DNA of 64,000 nt, taken from positions 51,161 through 115,160 of the IMG/VR virus record IMGVR_UViG_3300049218_000313; one strand, 5' to 3'. Origin of the DNA: a virus. This document shows positions 1 through 7,800 of this stretch, one piece after another; position 1 is the stretch's first letter; each line of letters opens with the position of its first letter. The notes under the pieces were generated by a model. That model worked only from the letters and a program-made list of their open reading frames with translations, was not told where the DNA came from and made no database searches. The translations under genes and the position numbers were made by a program.

Positions 1-2
1 AG

Positions 3-467
3 CACGGCAAGCTGATCGACATCCTCGTCATGCCGGGCAAGAAGGACAAGGAAACCCTCGCCACGGGAACCATGAGTGACGACGAGATCGAGAAGGAACG
101 CAAGCGTCGCATCCAGGTCGGCAAGACCATCCGCTACGAGGTGACCAAAGGCAAAGCGGGCATCCACGAGGGCATTACTGGGGAGTTCGAGTTTCACTTC
201 CCCATCGGAGCCTCGATGAACGACCCCAGCCACCGTCTCACTGACGACCAGCGCGAGACTCTGGTCGTGGCCTTCCAGAACGGCATCCTCGAGGAGAAGG
301 ACGGCTTTTTGACCCTGCACGGGGTCGACGGCAAGCCCATCCCGAGCCTCACGAAAATCGCAGGCTACGAGCGCTTCGCAGACATGATGCGCGCTGACCT
401 GGCGCTCGAGATGATGGTGCGCCGTCTGGTGCTCTCTTCTGTGGGGATCGTGTGCGCGTATCCCTGA
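3..467 (+). CDS. RecA/UvsX-like recombinase, C-terminal part (5' end outside window)
   Basis: Frame is open from nt 3 (HGKLIDILVMPG...). The segment HGKLIDILV...VGKTIRYEVTKGKAG...GEFEF parallels RecA ALKFYASVRLDIRR...GSETRVKVVKNK...AEF. It sits upstream of a UvsY-like gene and resolvases. Confidence 0.6.
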   Translation, partial: HGKLIDILVMPGKKDKETLATGTMSDDEIEKERKRRIQVGKTIRYEVTKGKAGIHEGITGEFEFHFPIGASMNDPSHRLTDDQRETLVVAFQNGILEEKDGFLTLHGVDGKPIPSLTKIAGYERFADMMRADLALEMMVRRLVLSSVGIVCAYP

Positions 468-1039
468 GCGCCGAAGCGCAGCTCGGTGTCTGTTCCAAAT
501 GCGGTGCCGGGTCACACGGCCTGGGCCGCACGATGGTCATCCCCTTCATGGTCATCGTCGACGGCCATGCCGGGGAGACCGAGGCGCTCTGCCAGGGCTG
601 CCTCTTCTACCCCGGGGGCGTGAAGGTCGAAGTGCCGATGGAGAACCTGGCACCGGGGCCCGCCCCTCGCCGAGGCGCTCTTCGCCGTGCGAAGCAGACC
701 TCCCGCCGCCTCGAGGCCGACCTGGCCGAGGACCTGAACGAAGCACTGGGAGAAGGCGTTGTGGTCACCCAGCCCGGCTCTGGCAACCAGCCCGGGGCCA
801 AGGGAGACCTACGAGGCAGGAACATCGTGCGCGTCGAGGAGAAGCACACCAAGGCAGCCTCGTTCAGCCTAAAGCTCGACGAGCTGCAGAAGATCGCCAG
901 CGAGTGCACCGGCCGCGAGCGCCCTGTCTTCGTCGTCGACTACCTCGACCCGAGCACGAGCAAGCTGCAGGACCGGTTCGCCGTCATCCCCATCCAAGAC
1001 CTGAAGGAGCTACTTTATGCCGCTGGCCAGCATCGCTGA
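452..1039 (+). CDS. Hjc-like PD-(D/E)xK Holliday junction resolvase with N-terminal CxxC...CxxC
   Basis: SRRLEADLA...QPGSG...KGDL...VRVEEKHT matches the Hjc E..(G)SG..D..E-x-K pattern; start codon uncertain. Confidence 0.7.
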   Translation: MRVSLSAEAQLGVCSKCGAGSHGLGRTMVIPFMVIVDGHAGETEALCQGCLFYPGGVKVEVPMENLAPGPAPRRGALRRAKQTSRRLEADLAEDLNEALGEGVVVTQPGSGNQPGAKGDLRGRNIVRVEEKHTKAASFSLKLDELQKIASECTGRERPVFVVDYLDPSTSKLQDRFAVIPIQDLKELLYAAGQHR

Positions 1040-1892
1040 CCTCAATCGTCCGCTCGAGGAGATAGCGCCGTTCATCGACCAGGCCAAAGAGCTGTCGTCG
1101 ATCTACGACGACTTCGTCGTCCTCGAGCAGGACGGCCAAGACCGCCTTCCGGGCATCCACGCCTCTGAGCTCTACCCGTGCCTGCGCAAGCCGGTGTACT
1201 CGCTCATGGGCACGCCCCGGCGGCCAAACGTCTCGAAGTTCTGGAAGCAGCGCTTCAAGATGGGCACGGCCATCCACCAGATGCTGCAGGCCGACTTCCA
1301 CGCTGTCGCGAAGCGCTCGAAGAAGGGCCTGGCGATGCGCGTCGCCCAGGCCCAGGCCGAGAAGATGGACTGCTACGTGGAGTTCGAGGACGAGCTCAAG
1401 GTCGCTCCTGAGCTGCAGGCCATCGCGAAGTACTACCAGCTGCAGTCGCATGCCGACGGCGTCTTCACCTTCAAGCGCAAGACGGACGACACGGTCGTGC
1501 TTCGCGTGGGCCTCGAGATCAAGAGCGAAGCTCCCGACGGCTACAGCAAGCTCACGGAACCCAAGTCCGAGCACGTGCGCCAGGGGCACATCTACATGGC
1601 GTGCCTCGACCTGCCCCTCATGTGGTTCCTCTACATGAACAAGGGCAACCAGAACAACACGCCCTCGACAGCGCCCTGGCTCGTGACCTGGCAGCCGCGC
1701 GTCTGGGCCGAGCTCGAGGACCGCTTCAAGGTCATCCACGAATATGCCGCTAAGGGCTCACTGCCCGAGCGCACCGAGACCATCATGTGCGAGTTCTGCC
1801 CCTGGGCCTACGACTGCCAGCCGCAGAACATGATGAAGAACTTCCAGAAGCCGTCCAACCGCCGCGAGACCATCCGCGGTCCGGGCAAGTGA
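1017..1892 (+). CDS. Solo Cas4-like PD-(D/E)xK exonuclease with 4-Cys Fe-S staple
   Basis: HASELYPCLRK (Cys1), GTAIH, HADG...LEIKS, QGHIY (QxxxY motif), C-terminal CEFCPWAYDC. Confidence 0.8.
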   Translation: MPLASIADLNRPLEEIAPFIDQAKELSSIYDDFVVLEQDGQDRLPGIHASELYPCLRKPVYSLMGTPRRPNVSKFWKQRFKMGTAIHQMLQADFHAVAKRSKKGLAMRVAQAQAEKMDCYVEFEDELKVAPELQAIAKYYQLQSHADGVFTFKRKTDDTVVLRVGLEIKSEAPDGYSKLTEPKSEHVRQGHIYMACLDLPLMWFLYMNKGNQNNTPSTAPWLVTWQPRVWAELEDRFKVIHEYAAKGSLPERTETIMCEFCPWAYDCQPQNMMKNFQKPSNRRETIRGPGK

Positions 1893-1905
1893 CAGGAGCC
1901 TGACC

Positions 1906-2535
1906 ATGCGTGAACCCAGCACTGGTAATGGACTACGCCTACCGCGGGACGTCGGCATCCCGGAGAGCGTCGCTCAGACCATCGAAAGCCGGTGGAACAC
2001 CATCAGCGTCGTGGACGCCCGGCTCAAGGCCGTCGGCTTCCACGACAACGACATGCCGAACATCGAGTGCCCGGTCGTCACGACCGAGATGCTCGTCACC
2101 CCCGACGTGAAGGAGTACACGACCGTCTTCTCTGCTCAGCTGCGCTGGTACAACTACGTGACCCGGCTGCTGGCCGACGTGCGCGCGGTCATCTTGCAGC
2201 TGAAGAACGAGATGGACGACATCTCGGCGTCCAAGCGCTCGGGCTTCAGAGCGCTCAACGAGCACAAGGCGAAGGCCGACAAGATCAGCCCGACGGAGAT
2301 GGAAGACCTCATCCTGCAGGACCCCCACTACCAAGAGCTGCGCCTGCAGCACCAACAGCTCGAGCAGCAGCGCATCAAGCTCGACGCATGGGCCGACTCG
2401 CTCGACCGCAACCTCAAGACGGTCTCGCGGCAGATCGAGAACCGGCGCACCGAGAACCTGGGTAGCACCCGCGAGGGCAACATGGCGGGGGACTCGAGCC
2501 GCAGGGGTAGCTGGGAGCCCAGGAGACCGGGCTGA
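1906..2535 (+). CDS. UvsY-like recombination mediator (helical)
   Basis: EMEDLILQDPHYQEL...DSLDRNLKTVSRQIENRR parallels T4 UvsY EMKTVLSADKDV...DAIKSRGFAIKHIQDMR; located next to the RecA-like gene. Confidence 0.55.
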   Translation: MREPSTGNGLRLPRDVGIPESVAQTIESRWNTISVVDARLKAVGFHDNDMPNIECPVVTTEMLVTPDVKEYTTVFSAQLRWYNYVTRLLADVRAVILQLKNEMDDISASKRSGFRALNEHKAKADKISPTEMEDLILQDPHYQELRLQHQQLEQQRIKLDAWADSLDRNLKTVSRQIENRRTENLGSTREGNMAGDSSRRGSWEPRRPG

Positions 2536-2987
2536 TGATTCGCCTTGAGCTACCCTGGCTCCCTCCGACCTCCAACCACGCGTACACGAACGGAGGCTTT
2601 GGCGGCAGAGTCTTGTCCACGGCGGGCAGGAAGTTCAAGAACACGACCAAGGCGCACCTCGCGCAGCACTACCCGCGAGAGCTGATGCTCTTCAAGCCGA
2701 ACAAGCCCTACCTCGTACTCATGCGCTTTCACTTCGAGAAGATCGAGAACTCCGGGTACGCTGAAGGAAAGGCGAAAGCACGGTATAAGGTCTTCGACGG
2801 TGGCAATCGCACCAAGCTGCTGGAAGACGCGCTGAAAGAAGCGGGCGGCATCGACGACTCGCAGACCCTTACGTCCATCTGGCAAAAGGTGCCGGCCAAA
2901 AACAGCAACGAGCGAACCCTCATCTGGGCCTGGTCGCTCGAAGAAGAGAGCACCCCCTTCGATGAACCCCTCCGACTTCTCATCTGA
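2535..2987 (+). CDS. rusA: RusA-like Holliday junction resolvase
   Basis: LPWLPPTSNHAY N-terminus and DGGNRTKLLEDAL...GIDDSQ catalytic pattern. Confidence 0.75.
   Translation: MIRLELPWLPPTSNHAYTNGGFGGRVLSTAGRKFKNTTKAHLAQHYPRELMLFKPNKPYLVLMRFHFEKIENSGYAEGKAKARYKVFDGGNRTKLLEDALKEAGGIDDSQTLTSIWQKVPAKNSNERTLIWAWSLEEESTPFDEPLRLLI
2761..2790 (+). promoter_or_regulatory. Putative internal copy of the AAR-N18-ATAAG promoter motif
   Basis: CTGAAG-N18-ATAAGG (cggtATAAGg) inside the rusA CDS, upstream of the 2962 and 3348 genes. Confidence 0.35.
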
Positions 2988-3339
2988 GCTGCGCACCCTG
3001 TTCGAGCGCTGCAATCATACGGAGCTGTATCAGATTGCGCGTAGGAACGGGCATGTTGTATTCCCCAGCCTCTCGCGAGACGCGCTCATCACCATCATCC
3101 TAGACGAACAGCCAGCCCCAGCCATCGAACACGACATCGACGAGTGGAGGCGCGCCATCATGCGCTTCATCATCGACCACCGACGTGTCCTCGAGACACA
3201 GGTCAGCTGCCCCGCCAAGTCGTTCAAAGAAGACGCCTGCTTCGGCTGCATCGACATGCAGGTCATCCACTGCCTCACCAGCAACGGCACCGAGAACTAC
3301 AAGCTCATCGAGCTGCGCAAGAAGAAGACCACCCCGTAG
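2962..3339 (+). CDS. Hypothetical protein with C-terminal Cys cluster
   Basis: High GC3 ORF overlapping the rusA end; CPAK...ACFGC...HC. Confidence 0.7.
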   Translation: MNPSDFSSELRTLFERCNHTELYQIARRNGHVVFPSLSRDALITIILDEQPAPAIEHDIDEWRRAIMRFIIDHRRVLETQVSCPAKSFKEDACFGCIDMQVIHCLTSNGTENYKLIELRKKKTTP

Positions 3340-3347
3340 GAGAGACC

Positions 3348-4196
3348 ATGTCCGAATCCGCTCTGAATCCGCACACCGCGCCCCGCGACATCGCAGCGCT
3401 GATCAAGGAGACCCCCTTCAAGCTTCGCCTACTCGTTCAGGCCCTGGGCGGCCTTAGCAACGAGCAGGAGAAGATGGCCTGGCACAACATGCAGACGCCC
3501 GAGGCCCGTGCTCAGCACGTCCTCATGCTGCTGCAGATCTGGGACAAGGCCAACCCGGGTGCCGCCTCGCCGCCCCCGCCCGCTGCGCACACCAACGGGG
3601 CCACCGCTCCTGCGGTCGCAGCACCTGCGCCTGCTGCCGTGTCCCCCGCCCAGGCCCTCACCGGCTTCGCCGCCCCGGGTCTGCAGCCCATGGCGGCCAT
3701 CCCTGCGGGGATGATGGGCGCGGCTCCCCAGGTGGCTGCCGTCGCATCGGGGGCGGCCGCTGCCGTCGCCGAAGCTGCGGGTGAGTCGAAGAGCAGGCGC
3801 AACCCGCGCACTTCGACGTCGAACGGAACGCCTGCCCCTGCTCCCGCGGGCGGCGATGCGGCGCTCGGTGCGGAAGTCGTCGGTCTGCTCAACCGCGTGG
3901 TGCAGACCCTCGAGAAGAACGACGAGCTGCACAAGAACGCGCTCGCGAAGGTCGTCAGCGTCGTCGAAGAGGCCTCCGAGTCGAAGTCGAGCCGTGTGAC
4001 GGAGCTCGAGAAGAAGTACAGCGAGCTCCAGGGCAACCTCAGCTCGCTGTACCAGATGCAGAAGATCACGCTCATGGCGTTCCTGACGTTCATGGAGGGC
4101 AGCATGGGCGCGTCCATGACCGACCTCCTCGGCGCGGCCATCAGCGACAGCGCCTCCTTCGACCAGTTGGTCGCCAAGGCCACGGGAAAAGGCTAG
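3348..4196 (+). CDS. Hypothetical protein with Pro/Ala linker and coiled coil
   Basis: AGGAGA RBS before ATG 3348; ORF-track start at 3144 is an over-extension. Confidence 0.75.
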   Translation: MSESALNPHTAPRDIAALIKETPFKLRLLVQALGGLSNEQEKMAWHNMQTPEARAQHVLMLLQIWDKANPGAASPPPPAAHTNGATAPAVAAPAPAAVSPAQALTGFAAPGLQPMAAIPAGMMGAAPQVAAVASGAAAAVAEAAGESKSRRNPRTSTSNGTPAPAPAGGDAALGAEVVGLLNRVVQTLEKNDELHKNALAKVVSVVEEASESKSSRVTELEKKYSELQGNLSSLYQMQKITLMAFLTFMEGSMGASMTDLLGAAISDSASFDQLVAKATGKG

Positions 4197-4243
4197 GCGC
4201 CGTACTCGAAGACCCGTGGCCGGGGTGTTCACGTCCAGACCGT

Positions 4244-4399
4244 GTGGACACCCTGGCGCTCGGGGAGATCGATCTGGACTCCCTGAGCGACGGGTCGGTC
4301 ATCGAGCTCGCCCACCGAGTCGGGGTCCTGGTGGAAGAAGAACGCCAGTTCCCCGACCTGGTGCGAGTACGGCTGAAGCGAAACTACTACGAGGTGTGA
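4244..4399 (+). CDS. Small hypothetical protein (51 aa, VDTLALGEIDLDSLSDGSVIELAHRVG...NYYEV)
   Basis: GTG start, GC3-rich frame fills the gap exactly, stop 2 nt before the next ATG; below the ORF-track cutoff. Confidence 0.5.
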   Translation: MDTLALGEIDLDSLSDGSVIELAHRVGVLVEEERQFPDLVRVRLKRNYYEV

Positions 4400-4401
4400 C
4401 C

Positions 4402-4782
4402 ATGACCTGGACGAATGCGACCATCCTGAGCCTGTCCACCCTCGCACTCCTCGGTCTAGGCGCGGGTATGACGCTCGCCTGCGAAGACCGGCCGGTGGTC
4501 GGAGAGCCCGTCCCTGTCGAAGCGGCTGCCGTGCCCGAGCCGCTGCCGAAGTGGGAGTACAAGACCCTACTTCTCGAGGCGCCCACGCACGAAAAGGACG
4601 GGCCCAACGCCAGCGCCTCGAACGAGATCTTGGTGCAAGATTCGGAGCTCAACCTGCTCGGCCGCGACGGCTGGGAGCTCACGACCTCCTGGCTCGAGAC
4701 CGAGACTGCGTTTCCACACGCAGCCTGGTCGAACGTGCGGCCGATGCGCGCGGTGCTGCTGTTCAAGCGCCGCCTGAAGTAG
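4402..4782 (+). CDS. Lipoprotein with DUF4177-like domain
   Basis: GAGG RBS, hydrophobic signal ending LAC, KWEYKT...LNLLGRDGWEL...LLFKR. Confidence 0.65.
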   Translation: MTWTNATILSLSTLALLGLGAGMTLACEDRPVVGEPVPVEAAAVPEPLPKWEYKTLLLEAPTHEKDGPNASASNEILVQDSELNLLGRDGWELTTSWLETETAFPHAAWSNVRPMRAVLLFKRRLK

Positions 4783-4787
4783 ACGAC

Positions 4788-4822
4788 CGGCTCCGCCTTC
4801 GGGCGGGGCCGTTCTTCTTAGC
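4788..4822. terminator. Intrinsic terminator between convergent operons
   Basis: CGGCTCCGCC-TTCG-GGCGGGGCCG hairpin followed by TTCTTCTTAGC. Confidence 0.75.
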
Positions 4823-7800
4823 CCTTCTTCGGTCCGCGGATGACCGGTCCAGGACGATGACCACTGGCCTGAGGGTTGTAGTGGGTCGCTGCCGGGGGAG
4901 TTGTCGCGGGCGGCCTCGTTCCAGTCGTGATGGTCGGTCCACTGTTGCTCACCGAAGAAGCCCTGAACGACGGACCGGGCACGTTGAGCAGCGTGACGGT
5001 CGGTACGACCACCTTGGGGCGGTAGAACGACTGCACGAAGTCGATGGGCGTCGGGATGGTCTCGGCGATGACCCGGTCGAGAACCAGCGAGCGCACCAAG
5101 GCGTCGAGGGGTGCGGCAATCGACTCCTGAACGGAGCGCGCGATGCTCACCACGCGGCGCAACATGTCCATGGGGCTGCCGACGGCTTCTGCCACCGAGC
5201 GCGCCGCGCCGGCCGCCTCCAGGACGCTGTCTGAGGGAGTGGGGATGGAGTCGTAGACCCCTCGAGCGAAGACGCCGTGGCGAGCCACCAGGTCGCTCGG
5301 CAGGGCCATGGCCTCGCTGATCGAGCGCAGGCCCACTGTTATGCGGGCCACCGAGTCGGAGGGGGAGGTCAGGGACTCCGTCAGAATGCGAGCGGCCGCC
5401 ATCTGCCTGGTGGGCAGGTCCGAGGGGGAGCTGATGGCCTCGCTGAGCGAGCGGGCAGCAGTAGCGCGCCGCGTCACAACGTCCGAGGGGGTCGGCGCAG
5501 CCTCCGCGATGGAGCGCGCACCCGTGGCAGCAACGGACACTGCATCCGAGGGGGTCGCGATAGACTCTGTGCGCGTACGGTAGGCCCCCAGGATGGCCGA
5601 GATCGCGTCGGTGGGGCTCGACACCGACTCGGTGAGGGAGGCTGCCCAGGTCCCACGGCGGCTCACGGCGTCAGACGGGGTGACCACGGACTCGCTGACA
5701 CCCCGCGTTCCCACGAAGGCCCTGACCAGTGCGTCAGAGGGGGTTGCGACCGACTCGCTGACCGCCTTGCTGGCCACGAGCAGGCGCGTCACTGCATCGG
5801 TGGGACTCGAGGTGCTCTCGGAGACCGAACGGTAAGCAGCCAGTATGCGTGCCAGGCTGTCCGAGGGGGTGGCGATGCTTTCGCTGATGAAGACGGCCGG
5901 GTTGGTGGTCACAACGTCCGAGGGGGTCGGAATAGACTCGCCAGCAGACCGGTAGGCCACGTAGAGCCTGGTCACGGCGTCAGACGGGGAGGAGACAGCC
6001 TCCGAGATGAAGCGCCCGCCCGAGGCCACGTAGTCCGTCGGAGTGGGAATCGACTCGCTGACGGAGCGCGCGTACGTAGCTAGGCGAGCGAGGGCATCGC
6101 TGGGTGTGGTGATGGCCTCGCTGATGGCTCGGTACGCTGCGTAGAGCCTCGACACCGCGTCGCCGGGCGTTGTGACCGTCTCCGCGACGGCTCGAAGAAG
6201 TACCTGCACGCGGGCCACCGAATCGGTGGGTGTCGAGACGCTCTCCCCGACGGGGCGCGTTTGGACGCCTCCGTGGGAGATCGAGTCGGTCGGCGTGGGC
6301 ACGTTCTCGCTGATGGCCCTGGCCCCAACGAACGCGCGGGCCACCGAATCACTCGGGGTGGTCACGCTCTCCGAGACAGCGCGGCCGGCTACTTCCAAGC
6401 GAGAGACCGCGTCCGATGGCGCGGCCGCGGATTCACCGATGAAGCGTGCGGCAGTGTACATCCTGGACACGGAGTCGGTGGGTCCCGCGACGGATTCACT
6501 GATGGAGCGCGTAAGAACCGAGGACCGCGCAGCTGCGTCCGAAGGAGTCGACACCGACTCCGACAGCGCTCTGTAGGCAGCGTAAATTCTGGCTACCGCG
6601 TCGCTGGGCGTAGCCACCGACTCCCCAATGGAACGCACTGCGGGGACCACGCGCGACACCGAGTCAGTCGGGGTAGTGATGGACTCAGCCACTGACCTGT
6701 GTGCAGCGTACTGACGGGATACTGAGTCGCTCGGTGTAGTGACGCTCTCGGCAACAGCCCTGATCAATACAAGCGCGCGAGCCACCGAGTCAGTAGGCGT
6801 GGCCACGCTCTCGGACACAGCGCGGTAGAAGGCGACAGTCCTCGCAACCGAATCAGAGGGTGCTGCGACACTCTCCGAGACAGCCCTCGCCAGAACGAGC
6901 GCGCGGGCCACAGCGTCAGTCGGGCTCGAGACAGACTCGCTCAAGGCACGAGCCATTACACTCGTACGCTGCACGCTGTCGGTAGGGGTAGTGACGGACT
7001 CAGACGCGGAACGAGCTACGCCGGTCGATCTGGACAGAGAGTCGGAGGGCGCGGCGATGGACTCGTTGAGCGCGCGGGCGTAGACCAGCGCGCGGGCAGC
7101 CGAGTCAGTCGGGGTAGTGATGCTCTCCGCGATGGCCACCAAGTAGGCTACGGCCCTGGTCACGCCATCGGTCGGGGTGGCCACGCTCTCGCCGATGAGG
7201 CGCCCAGTGCCGGAGAGAACCGCGACCGAATCGCTCGGCGTACTGACGGACTCGGAAAGCGCGCGATACGCAGCGTAGACCCGCGCTACCGCGTCCGAGG
7301 GCGACGCAACAGACTCGGAAACGGTGCGGTAGCCAGAGAAGGCCCTAAAGATCACGTCTGACGGCGTCGACACTGACTCCGAGGTGGCGCGGGCTGCTCC
7401 GCGCACTCTAGCCACTGAGTCGCTAGGTGCGGTGATGGACTCCGAAAGCGACCTGGTTCCAACGAACGCACGCGACACCGAGTCAGTGGGCGTCGAGACA
7501 CTCTCCGAGACTGACACGTAGAACGACAGCGCGCGCGACACGCTGTCGCTCGGCGCAGAGACAGACTCGCTCAGAGCTCTGTACCCAGCGAACGCGCGAG
7601 CAATGGCATCGCTCGGTGTAGTGACCGCCTCACTTATGGAAACAAGAAGACCAATGGAACGAGAGACGGAATCGGTCGGCGTCGAGATGGACTCGCTGAG
7701 CGCCCTTGCCTCTACGAGCAGGCGCGTCACTGCATCGGTGGGCGTTGTGACAGCCTCAGAAACGGAACGATGCGCTGCCACCGCGCGTGCAACAGAATCA

